DNA of 64,000 bases from an uncultured candidate division Zixibacteria bacterium (GTDB lineage Bacteria > Zixibacteria > MSB-5A5 > GN15 > FEB-12): contig CAVPPI010000001.1 of assembly GCA_963707365.1 (NCBI GenBank), positions 121,326 to 185,325 on the forward strand, given 5' to 3'. The position numbers were made by a program, and so were the translations under genes. The notes under the pieces were generated by a model that had not been told where the DNA came from, did not search any database, and saw only the letters and a list, made by a program, of their open reading frames with translations. Each line of letters starts with the position of its first letter. The stretch's first letter is position 1. Positions 8,605-17,300 of this stretch are shown piece after piece.

Positions 8605-10665
8605 TTACATTATCTGGTCCTTCGCATAACAGAATTTGTCGCCTCTTTCAAGAGGGCAAATCACATCAACTTTATAGCCCCGGGTTGCGACTTTGTCGGC
8701 GAACGATTGATATATCCATTCCCGTCCGGTGGCGTGCGTCGGAATCATGACTCTGGGAGACAGTTTCTCCAACGTATAGTAGGTCCCTTCGGCCAGAGCT
8801 ATCGTGTCACCGGTGTGGCAGCCGGTAACATTGACAAAAGCGAAGTCAACCTCGTCGACAAGTCCCGCAAGGTAGTCTATTTCGGAGATAAACCCATCGC
8901 GTTGACCTTCCCGCCATCCGGCATGATCGCCGGCGTGATAGATCTTCAGTCCGTCGACTTCAATCAGGAACCCGACTCCAGCATCATTGGCTCTGATGGT
9001 GTGAATCTCCATATCGTCTGAACTCACGTTCTCCCGCGGCCCGACATATTGATACGGTTGTCCGTTGTATCCCATGCTTACCTCTTCGGGAAGGTACTCG
9101 GCCTGAAAACCAAAATAGTAAGTCAGATTCGGCACGGTGCCGTACCAGTCGAAGATAACCGAGTCGTAATGATCCCGGTGCGTATGTGACGAAAACACCT
9201 CCACATTCTGGTCGGCTATCTGCTCGGGTACGATACACCCGTTCGCCAGCGATGGATCGGTCGGAAGGCTTCTCTGCCAGTAATCGAAGATAAGGAAATG
9301 ATTGGCGGTCTTGACGGCCCACCCGCAGTGGTCGAGATACCAGAGGGTGGCTTCTTTCGGTTGAAGTCGCTCGCCGAGGGCCGGAGATGAGTCGAAATTC
9401 TCCGGCGGGTTGAGAGCCGTACCGCCGTTTTCTTTGAGCAGCCCGGCAATCTGCTTGTGCCCATATTTACAGGCATAATACAAAGGTGTGTTGCCGTCGT
9501 TATCTTTAACGTTGATATCAGACGCAAGCGGCAGCATTGTCTTTACAATGTCGAAATTGCCCTTGCGTGCGGCAGTATGAAGAGCAGTTGAACCGTAGTG
9601 ACTTTCTTTCAAGTCAACCCCGGCGCTGTGGCTGAGCAGCGACTGTGTCGATTCGACATCTCCCTTTGAGATTGCCACCATCAGCGGCGTCTGACCATCG
9701 CGATTGGCGATGTTTGGGTCGGCACCATTCTCCAGAAGAAGCCGCACGACATTCGGATTGTTGAGCATCACAGCAATCATCAGGGGCGTTTCGTTGTCGC
9801 TCGTCTGACGATTAAGATCCGCTCCGTGGTCAACGAACACTTGAAGAAGGGCGATGACGCTGTCAGCATCGAAATGCGTAAGCACCCACATGGCGTCCAG
9901 TATCGGGGTTCTGTTGGATTCGCCTACCGCGTTTATATCGGCACCTTTAGAGAGCAGTAGCTCTGCCACACTTCGACTGCACCCTCCCGCGGCGCTGTGA
10001 AGGGGAGTCGTGCCGACATCGGATTTGGCGCGTATGTCCATACCGAGGTCGATGAGATGCTGAACCATGTCGAGATTGCCGCCGGTCGCAGCATAGTGGA
10101 GAAGTCCATCTCCGTCATTATCTTTGGATTCAAGGCTGGCGCCACGTTCGAGCAACAAATCAAAGATATCTCTTATCCCGCCAAGCGCGGCAAAGAGCAA
10201 CGGTCCGGCCCCCTCCTGGTTTCTGGCGGTAATATCGGCCCCAGCTTCAATGAGCATACGTGCCACTGCGGTTCGTCCGCCGGCGCAGGCGCTGAGCAAG
10301 GGCGTGAAACCGTAGGCATTAGCGGCATTGAGGTCGGCCCCCCTGGCAATAAGCAATTTTGCCACTTCATCTCTACCGTAATAGCCCGCCCCGTGCAGTG
10401 CTACGCTGTTGGAATTGGTTCTGGCATTGATGTCCGCTCCGGCGTCAAGCAGATATTCTACGACCTCGACATTGCCCATGTAGGCGGCGCTGAGCATGGC
10501 CGTTTTCCCATCGGTTGCCCTGGCGTTGAGCAGACCGCTGTCGCCTTCCAGCAGGGCCTTGACACGATCAAGATCACCCAGCTCGGCGGCATTGTGGATT
10601 TCTCCTGCGGTGGCAAAACCAGTCAGGAGAAGCACAAGAGCGGTGAGGATTGCGGTTTTTTTCAT
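8605..10665 (-). CDS. secreted ankyrin-repeat protein (about 12 ANK repeats) fused to a C-terminal MBL-fold metallo-hydrolase domain
   Basis: Signal peptide MKKTAILTALVLLLTGFATAGE. I count twelve roughly 33-aa repeats of the form G.TPLh.Aa..G...vv.lLl..GAd.n. The C-terminal 250 aa carry SSHTHRDHYD (HxHxDH), YHAGDHAGW and IPTHATG. Confidence 0.85.
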   Translation of the reverse strand: MKKTAILTALVLLLTGFATAGEIHNAAELGDLDRVKALLEGDSGLLNARATDGKTAMLSAAYMGNVEVVEYLLDAGADINARTNSNSVALHGAGYYGRDEVAKLLIARGADLNAANAYGFTPLLSACAGGRTAVARMLIEAGADITARNQEGAGPLLFAALGGIRDIFDLLLERGASLESKDNDGDGLLHYAATGGNLDMVQHLIDLGMDIRAKSDVGTTPLHSAAGGCSRSVAELLLSKGADINAVGESNRTPILDAMWVLTHFDADSVIALLQVFVDHGADLNRQTSDNETPLMIAVMLNNPNVVRLLLENGADPNIANRDGQTPLMVAISKGDVESTQSLLSHSAGVDLKESHYGSTALHTAARKGNFDIVKTMLPLASDINVKDNDGNTPLYYACKYGHKQIAGLLKENGGTALNPPENFDSSPALGERLQPKEATLWYLDHCGWAVKTANHFLIFDYWQRSLPTDPSLANGCIVPEQIADQNVEVFSSHTHRDHYDSVIFDWYGTVPNLTYYFGFQAEYLPEEVSMGYNGQPYQYVGPRENVSSDDMEIHTIRANDAGVGFLIEVDGLKIYHAGDHAGWREGQRDGFISEIDYLAGLVDEVDFAFVNVTGCHTGDTIALAEGTYYTLEKLSPRVMIPTHATGREWIYQSFADKVATRGYKVDVICPLERGDKFCYAKDQIM

Positions 10666-10918
10666 GATTTCTTCCCTCTGTTAAGTGAAAATTCCGAGAT
10701 TTCTTTGCTTTATAGACGGATATATGCACTGCTTGACCAATGTGTGGTCATGGGGCGGCGCAGAATCTGTGCTAAAAAAATAGCATGAAGGTGGTGTGAT
10801 CCAGGTGCCTGAACTTGACCACCGGTTTAGCGGGCCACAACCGCTCAAGGCCGGAACGTCAACCTGGGGCCGGCGAACACAAAACCCTGCTGTTCATAGA
10901 ACTTCACTGGTCCCGTTA

Positions 10919-10951
10919 GGTAAAACGGCAGACCCGAGCGGGTCTGCCGTT
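10919..10951 (-). terminator. rho-independent terminator after the M16 peptidase pair
   Basis: Perfect 12-bp stem AACGGCAGACCC (10924..10935) / GGGTCTGCCGTT (10940..10951) with loop GAGC. The minus-strand reading continues into TTTTA. Confidence 0.7.
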
Positions 10952-10968
10952 AATTGGCTGGTATCAGT

Positions 10969-12291
10969 CTATTTTTTGCCGACGATTGAGACGAATCGAT
11001 TCTCGGGCGTGAGTTTGTTTTTGGCGAAGGCATTGATTTCGTCGAGCGTAACTTTATCGGCCATATCAATCAGCTCCAGAACAAAGCGATAGTCGTATCC
11101 GGAATACTCATAAATGGCCATGTAGTTTGCCCGGCCACCTTTGCGGTCGATACGATAAATCAGATTGTTCTTCATATTCACTTTGGCATCGGCCAATTCC
11201 TCCGGAGTCAATCCTTTCTCGGCCAGCAAATTCCACTCGCGTTCGAGCGAACCGAGAGCCAGATTAACTTTGCTTGTATCGGTGCCGATAGCTGCCCGGA
11301 AAGTGGCGCTATATTTTTCAAGAGAATATTGGGTATACACGGCGTAAGCCAGCTTCTCTTTCTGGCGCAGATACCACAGACGCGAGCCGACATTGTTGCC
11401 CATCACTTCGTTCAGCAACGTCACACAGGCAACTTCGGATGCACTCAGGTGGGGGAGGGCAAAGCCCATGTAGATGAATGATTGATTCCGGTCGAACGAT
11501 ATGAACCCTTCCTTCTCCGATTGAAAGGTCAGCGACGGTGCAATTTCCGAATCCATCTCCGGCTTAATGCCGCCCAACCGACTGTTAACCAAAGGTCCAA
11601 TACTCTCAGGTTTGAGGTCCGTAGCGATTGAGAAGATAACATTCGTGCCGCCAACCCAGACGCGATAGTGTTCCCTGATGTCTTCCACCCGGATTTTGTC
11701 TATGGATTCCGCCGTTCCGAGAGTCGGCAATCCGTAGCCCTGGTTGCCATAGATTGTCTTCCAAAACAGATCGCTGGAAGCCTGGGTCTGGTTGTCATTG
11801 TCGGCCTTGATATTTCCTTCGACCTCCAGTTTCAACTTGGTCAGTTCTTCGTCGGGGAAAGTAGGTGATGTTACCGAACGCGAAATTATGTCGAGCACCT
11901 CCTCGAAGTTCTCCGTGAGAGAAACGAAAGAGATGTAGCTGTAGTCTCGCGAACATCCCGCAGTGACGTTGGCGCCAAGGAAATCGAGACGCTCGGTGAC
12001 TTCCGAGGCCGACATTTCGGTGTTCCCCTTGAGAAGCATCTTCGTCATGAGGTTCGTGATGCCGTTGTTTTCTTCGGTTTCGGTCAGGACTCCGCCGCCG
12101 ATCAGAATTCTCGCTGCTGTCAGCGATGTAGTTTCGTCGTGATTGACCAGAATCGTAATTCCGTTATCGAGAGTGGTCTTAGCGTAACCATCGGCTCCTA
12201 TTTCTATCTGTCCGGCTCTTTGCCCGCACCCGACCACGACCAGCAGTGCCGTCAGTATTCCGACCACCGTATAACTTGCTATTTTATTCAT
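10969..12291 (-). CDS. M16 (pitrilysin) family peptidase, non-catalytic subunit type, lipoprotein
   Basis: Lipobox LLVVVGCGQ. The fold is M16-like, but the zinc motif position reads NLMTK instead of HxxEH. The start ATG overlaps the stop of the upstream M16 gene (ATGA, 12288..12291). Confidence 0.85.
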   Translation of the reverse strand: MNKIASYTVVGILTALLVVVGCGQRAGQIEIGADGYAKTTLDNGITILVNHDETTSLTAARILIGGGVLTETEENNGITNLMTKMLLKGNTEMSASEVTERLDFLGANVTAGCSRDYSYISFVSLTENFEEVLDIISRSVTSPTFPDEELTKLKLEVEGNIKADNDNQTQASSDLFWKTIYGNQGYGLPTLGTAESIDKIRVEDIREHYRVWVGGTNVIFSIATDLKPESIGPLVNSRLGGIKPEMDSEIAPSLTFQSEKEGFISFDRNQSFIYMGFALPHLSASEVACVTLLNEVMGNNVGSRLWYLRQKEKLAYAVYTQYSLEKYSATFRAAIGTDTSKVNLALGSLEREWNLLAEKGLTPEELADAKVNMKNNLIYRIDRKGGRANYMAIYEYSGYDYRFVLELIDMADKVTLDEINAFAKNKLTPENRFVSIVGKK

Positions 12292-13581
12292 TTGGGCACC
12301 ACCGTCGTTTTGACATATGTGTCGGTGTTGAGATATTTTTGGGCCGCCTCATTGAGTTCGGCCAGCGTCACATTCGCAATATTGTCCGGATAATTCGTTA
12401 CGAACTCCTGCGTGTACATGGCATCGTACTGGGCATATTTGTCAGCGACATCCAGACCTCGCTCCATTGACACGAAGTGGTTGGTTTTGATGGAATTTTT
12501 CGCTTTCTGCAGTTCTTGCTCGGTGAAGCCGTCTTCACGCACCTCGTTGAGCACCTCGTTGACAGCCTCTTCTACGGCGGCCAGATTCGATGGTTCGAGG
12601 GTGGCGAAGGAGAACATCATCCCCTCGTATTTGCTCGTATAGAATGAAAAGCCGATGCTGTAAACCAAACCGAGCTCGTCTTTCAATTTTTTGAACAGAC
12701 GGCTGGATTCACCGCTGCCCAGCAAAGTGGCCATGATATCGCAGGTAAACTGATCCTTGCTCGCGATATCAGGACCGATCGTACTCATCATCAGATACGC
12801 CTGGCCGACATCCTTCTTGATCTCCATGGTGGCGATCTTGTCTCTGGTCGGAGGCTTGGCGTAATTGTCTTTGGCGACAACGCCCTCGGGGAACCCCGCG
12901 AAATATTTTTTTACGAGTTCCAAAGTTGCCAAGCGGGTCAATATCACCCACTATCACCATAGTCATGTTATTGGGCGCATAGTAACGCTTGTAGTAAGCG
13001 TACACAGAGTCACGCGGGATGTTGGTGACACGTTCTTTCGTACCCAGAACATTCTTGGAATAGGGGTGTTCGCCGAACAACGCCTTGAGCGATGACCGGT
13101 AGGCCTTTGAGAACGGACGGTCCTCGGAGATGTTTATCTCCTCCAGAACGGCCTGACGTTCCTTGTCCATCTCGGCAGCCGGAAAGTTGGACCGGAAAAG
13201 CATGTCGGAATGAATCTTCAGGGCGAAATCGAGATTCTCCTTCGGCAGGGAAATTACGAAATCAGTCCAGTCCGATGAAGTATAGCCGTTGAAATAAGCG
13301 CCGTGGCGCTTCATGGCGTCGCCCAACTCTTCACCCGTCATTTCCTCGGTGCCGCGGAAAAGAATCAGGTGCTCGAGTAAATGAGTGGCGCCGTCAAAAT
13401 AGTCCGACTCATTCTTGGCGCCGACGCTGATAGTTGTTGAGATATTGACCTGGGGGACCTGGTGATTCTCCAGAATCATTACCTTGAGACCGTTGTCAAG
13501 CTGTTCGATTTGCCAATCGGCCGAAGCGGCCATGACCGGCAGAAGCAAAGCCAGACAGAAGATAAGGACCACTACTCGCAT
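12288..13581 (-). pseudogene. M16 family zinc peptidase, catalytic subunit type (HLLEH); one frameshift as assembled
   Basis: Fragment ORFs are 12769..13602 and 12288..12947. The join reads ...MTMVIVGDID(P) / LATLELVKKYFAGFPEG..., with the shift near 12930..12940. I prefer ATG 13581 (GGAG upstream), giving signal peptide MRVVVLIFCLALLLPVMAASA. HLLEH zinc motif is present. Confidence 0.8.
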
Positions 13582-14091
13582 TAAAAAACTCCTATGTTTC
13601 AAAAGTCTATCTGCCCACCTTCTGCGATAGAAACACTATATAACCTATGCAGACGCTTCCGCACAAGCCTTCAGTTGTTCAAATTATCTTTCGTATATAC
13701 GTTTAGCAACGGAAATTGTTGCGGCAGCCTATCATCCAGTTCCATCGGCGAAACTTGACTCATCGTTTGCGCCGGCAATCAGTCTAGAATCTGAGCACGA
13801 CTGTGAGATTCTCACACACTATGAGTTGACGTATGGGCACAGACTGTGGTTGAATTCCCATAATTCGATGCAGACAATGCGATTTCGATACAGCTTAACC
13901 AGAATCGCACTAGTCCGTATCGCAAGACTCTCCGGGCCTTTAGCCCCCGCGGCTGAGCCTTAACGGAAAAATTTCCTAAATGCCACAAGATTGGTCGTGA
14001 ATCGGGAACGCCAATTGCATTGGAATACGAATGTCGCACCGCAATTTTGAATGCGACTTTGCGAAAAGGAGGCAAACTATGGAGTCGGATC

Positions 14092-14457
14092 ATGAGTGTT
14101 CGGCGGGTTAAAGACAAGAGCGGAACAGCTCTGCTCGAAGTCATGGTGGCAGTTGTCATACTGACTGTCTCGCTTCTAATGCTCCTAAATATGGCGATGG
14201 TAGCTCTGGACGGCAACGATTGGTCAAATAAGACTACGGCGTCCATTCAGTTGCTCCAGGAAAAACTGGAGCAACTGCGCACCTCTGAGACCTTTGACAG
14301 TGGCAGCGATACTGTCGGCAGTGCTGTCCGCTCCTGGAGTGTCAGCGATGCGGCAGACTATCTGAGGAAGATCGATGTTACGATCGAGTGGGAAGATGCC
14401 AAGGGGACACCACATTTAAACACTATGACTGCGCTGGTCAGATCAGATAGCATATAA
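14092..14457 (+). CDS. prepilin-type N-terminal cleavage/methylation domain protein (PilV / GspI-like minor pilin)
   Basis: Within ORF 14020..14457, the in-frame ATG 14092 gives MSVRRVKDKSGTALLEVMVAVVILTVSLLML, a class-III signal with G-T-x-L-L-E and a hydrophobic helix. AAGGAGG lies at 14066..14072. Confidence 0.65.
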   Translation: MSVRRVKDKSGTALLEVMVAVVILTVSLLMLLNMAMVALDGNDWSNKTTASIQLLQEKLEQLRTSETFDSGSDTVGSAVRSWSVSDAADYLRKIDVTIEWEDAKGTPHLNTMTALVRSDSI

Positions 14458-14465
14458 GTCCTGGC

Positions 14466-14951
14466 ATGAAGAATGTTGTGAACAAAATATCCGGGACTGG
14501 GGGCTTCACATTGTTGGAGCTGCTCATAGCGTTGGCGCTGACGGGATTCGTGACGGCGGCTATTTTCAAACTGTATGTCTCTCAGCACAAACACTACATT
14601 ACTCAGACTGATGTCGCCGATATACAGCAAGGTGCCAGAGCGGCGATTGGCGAGATGTCGCGGCAAATACGCATGGCGGGCTATCAACTGCCTCTCGGAC
14701 TGAATGCCATAGAGGCCTCCAACACCAATCCCGATACTGTTACGGTCACCTACCGCTCAAGCGACTGCGAAACGTATTTAGCTGCGGCGATGACGCAGCC
14801 TACATCTGAATTGGAGTGCGCGACGAGCGTGTCCTGTTTCAAAGAGGGGGAGTGGGCATACATATTCGAACCTGACTCAGGCGGCGGTGAGTGGTTTGAG
14901 ATCTCCGGCGTCCTGGCTTTGGACGGACGGCCCGGCGAAACTTTTTGTTAA
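14466..14951 (+). CDS. prepilin-type N-terminal cleavage/methylation domain protein (PilW-like minor pilin), short
   Basis: N-terminus is MKNVVNKISGTGGFTLLELLIALALTGFVTAAIF. At 161 aa it is shorter than typical PilW, so the 3' end may be affected by an indel. Confidence 0.6.
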   Translation: MKNVVNKISGTGGFTLLELLIALALTGFVTAAIFKLYVSQHKHYITQTDVADIQQGARAAIGEMSRQIRMAGYQLPLGLNAIEASNTNPDTVTVTYRSSDCETYLAAAMTQPTSELECATSVSCFKEGEWAYIFEPDSGGGEWFEISGVLALDGRPGETFC

Positions 14952-14985
14952 GGGCGATAAGCGGTTACCTGATGGCCAACGAACG

Positions 14986-15588
14986 CTACACAAATTCCAC
15001 GGCTTCTTTTTCCTTCAGCAAAATCACACCGAGCATCACCGATGAAACCGGAACCAGCAATAAAGCGATAGGCGTGAGAATCACTGTTATCTCAAAAATT
15101 CCAGCCGCTCCTGTGATTACAGCGAATGCGATTATGAGATCGCTGAGATCACTCTTGGCACGAAAGAGTCTTACGGCTATCAAAATGTCGACAATGCCGA
15201 TGACAATCATCGACAGGGCAAAGAACGATGCCAGGGCTATCTTCAGAATCAGTTCCGACATTCCGGGTAAAACCATTGCAGTGCCGGTTATCATCGTGCC
15301 GATAACCTGAAACACTACCGCCCACCAGATCGAAATCATGATTAGTAGGTCTATGCCGTGATAGTTGTAGCGCTCGTTTAACAGTTTCTTGAAAATGTAG
15401 AGCACATAAATAATCGCTACCGTGGCAACCAGACCCAGAATATCGCTGATGCCCCACTGTAGATGGACTTCTTGATGTCGCACCATGCGCAGCCCGGCCT
15501 CAAGAAAGCCCAGCACTATCGACAGAGGAAACAGGATAGCGTGGATAATCGCCAGCCATCCCGCAGTAGAGTATTGATTTTCATCCAT
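14986..15588 (-). CDS. polytopic membrane protein (DUF2975-like), partner of the adjacent small HTH regulator
   Basis: ATG 15588 follows GAGGAG. The protein is 200 aa with about 5 hydrophobic helices. It lies directly downstream of the YozG-like HTH gene on the same strand. Confidence 0.6.
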   Translation of the reverse strand: MDENQYSTAGWLAIIHAILFPLSIVLGFLEAGLRMVRHQEVHLQWGISDILGLVATVAIIYVLYIFKKLLNERYNYHGIDLLIMISIWWAVVFQVIGTMITGTAMVLPGMSELILKIALASFFALSMIVIGIVDILIAVRLFRAKSDLSDLIIAFAVITGAAGIFEITVILTPIALLLVPVSSVMLGVILLKEKEAVEFV

Positions 15589-15643
15589 CTGTAGTTCTCC
15601 TCAGTGTATTTACGCTTCAGAAAGCCCGGTCAGGCTTGCGATA

Positions 15644-15856
15644 TCAGACAAACTCGGGGATATACTCAACGATGTCACCGGGCTGACAGTCTAATTCTTT
15701 GCATATTGCCTCGAGAGTACTGAATCGTACTCCTTTGACCTTACCGGTCTTCAGCAGCGACAGATTGGTCATCGATATCCCAATTCTGGCACTCAATTCC
15801 GTTAAGGACATCTTACGTCTCGCCAACATGACGTCGAGATTGATCTGAATAGGCAT
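15644..15856 (-). CDS. small XRE/Cro-C1-type helix-turn-helix transcriptional regulator (YozG-like)
   Basis: The 70-aa sequence is MPIQINLDVMLARRKMSLTELSARIGISMTNLSLLKTGKVKGVRFSTLEAICKELDCQPGDIVEY, which matches the short HTH_26/YozG pattern over its full length. Confidence 0.85.
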   Translation of the reverse strand: MPIQINLDVMLARRKMSLTELSARIGISMTNLSLLKTGKVKGVRFSTLEAICKELDCQPGDIVEYIPEFV

Positions 15857-15894
15857 ACCGCAAGTATCGGTATTCGTTTATGTTTGTCAAGGAT

Positions 15895-15917
15895 TAATTT
15901 ATGTAAAACATAAATTA
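15895..15917. promoter_or_regulatory. perfect 10-bp inverted repeat, candidate operator of the HTH regulator
   Basis: TAATTTATGT-AAA-ACATAAATTA lies 39 nt upstream of the regulator start codon, inside an AT-rich promoter region. Confidence 0.5.
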
Positions 15918-16368
15918 TATTATCTGAAAGATAATGGAAAACTGCCAATAAATGATATAAGTGATTGGTGATAAATGAGTTCGGTTGTTTGGCGAGTTTG
16001 GCAGCAAAGATTCGGGACGTCTGTGAGTTTGATCCTGTAAGGGCGGTTCCCAAATCCCCGGCTGTGTATTCGCCCCCCGGCAGACCGTTAAAAATCGGAG
16101 CAGCCGTTGCCTGAGTTATCGGAACTTCTTGCGGGATAAAATGGTTAATAATACTATTGGACATTACTGGTGTGAACCAGTATACTGAACCATCAATTCT
16201 TGGTTTCCTTACGTGCTTTTGTCAAGGCTTTGTTCTTTCTGTCAAATCTAAGAGAAAGCTGAAGTTGGGGACCGACGCGCAATAGTGCGCAATAACGGGT
16301 TTATCTCGACGAACGCAGCCCTTGCGGGATGAGGTTTAAGGTGGGGATAGACATTATTGGAGTGTAGA

Positions 16369-16689
16369 ATGAATATCTACATCGGCAACCTGTCGTTCGA
16401 TACGACAGAAGAACAATTACGTCAGGCCTTCGAAGGTTATGGCGAAGTCTCAAGTGTGAACATTATTAAGGACAAATATACCGGCGAGCCGAGAGGTTTT
16501 GCTTTCGTAGAGATGTCCAGCAACGATGCTGCCACTTCAGCTATCAGCGGATTGAACGGTCAGGACATGAACGGTCGTACGCTGAACGTCAACGAAGCTC
16601 GTCCGCGCACCGATAAAGGTCCGCGCGGCGGCGGCGGCGGCGGTGGTCGCGGTGGTAACCGTGGCGGCGGCGGTCGCGGCGGCTGGTAA
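16369..16689 (+). CDS. RRM (RNP-1) RNA-binding protein with Gly/Arg-rich C-terminal tail
   Basis: ATG 16369 lies 6 nt after GGAG. MNIYIGNLSF (RNP2) and RGFAFVEM (RNP1) are present. The tail is GPRGGGGGGGRGGNRGGGGRGGW. Confidence 0.9.
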   Translation: MNIYIGNLSFDTTEEQLRQAFEGYGEVSSVNIIKDKYTGEPRGFAFVEMSSNDAATSAISGLNGQDMNGRTLNVNEARPRTDKGPRGGGGGGGRGGNRGGGGRGGW

Positions 16690-16735
16690 GGACATCCCGG
16701 CCAAAAGCCGGTAATTACCTAAGCTGAAAAAGTAA

Positions 16736-16770
16736 AGGAGACTGGAAATTCCAGTCTCCTTTTTCTTTTT
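16736..16770 (+). terminator. rho-independent terminator of the RRM gene
   Basis: AGGAGACTGG (16736..16745) / CCAGTCTCCT (16751..16760) with loop AAATT, followed by TTTTCTTTTT. Confidence 0.8.
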
Positions 16771-16799
16771 GCATTTCTTAAGAATCAATCATCGATTCG

Positions 16800-17300
16800 T
16801 CAACGGGGAATCCACCTCGGTATTTCACTCATGTACTTCCGGTATTCATCGCCGAACCTCTCCAGCAGCAGCTTTTCTTCATAGGCCGCGATGGAATTGT
16901 AAAACACCATTCCTGCCAGGCACACGACCACCGAGGCTATCGAAAGTGTCATTGCTATCAGCCCGACATAAAACAGCGCCGATCCGAGGTAGACAGGATG
17001 TCGCACGCGATTGAAAATACCTTCTCTTATAACGCCAGTGTGTTCTCTGGATTTGTCGAATACGATATTGAGTCCGGACTTGGCTAGATACCCTGAAATA
17101 ATCACGATAACACCGCCGGCTGTCAGGCGCAAATAAAGCGGGACATACTGCGCAAGAAAGTCCGTATAGTGAACAAGGAATGAATCGACTACCCAGACTA
17201 TCAAAAATACGACTAAAAGCACCACCTGTCCGGCATCGCCATATTTGTGTTCTCCGGTCAGGTCGTTGCGCTCGCCGTGGGCTTTACGCTCAAGAGTCAT
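16800..17300 (-). CDS. isoprenylcysteine carboxyl methyltransferase (ICMT/PEMT) family membrane methyltransferase
   Basis: ATG 17300 follows GGGAGGTG. The protein is multi-TM with the characteristic C-terminal block GIFNRVRHPVYLGSALFYVG...EEKLLLERFGDEYRKY. Confidence 0.75.
   Translation of the reverse strand: MTLERKAHGERNDLTGEHKYGDAGQVVLLVVFLIVWVVDSFLVHYTDFLAQYVPLYLRLTAGGVIVIISGYLAKSGLNIVFDKSREHTGVIREGIFNRVRHPVYLGSALFYVGLIAMTLSIASVVVCLAGMVFYNSIAAYEEKLLLERFGDEYRKYMSEIPRWIPR

Noticed and set aside
15802-16164. 120-aa ORF upstream of and overlapping the HTH regulator start.
   Set aside because: It runs through the AT-rich promoter and palindrome region and into the regulator gene in another frame. 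It has no RBS and no recognisable motif, so it is probably non-coding. A decayed gene cannot be fully excluded.
16621-16680. GGC/GGT-rich simple-sequence tract that looks like a microsatellite.
   Set aside because: It is the in-frame coding sequence of the Gly/Arg tail of the RRM protein, not a non-coding repeat.
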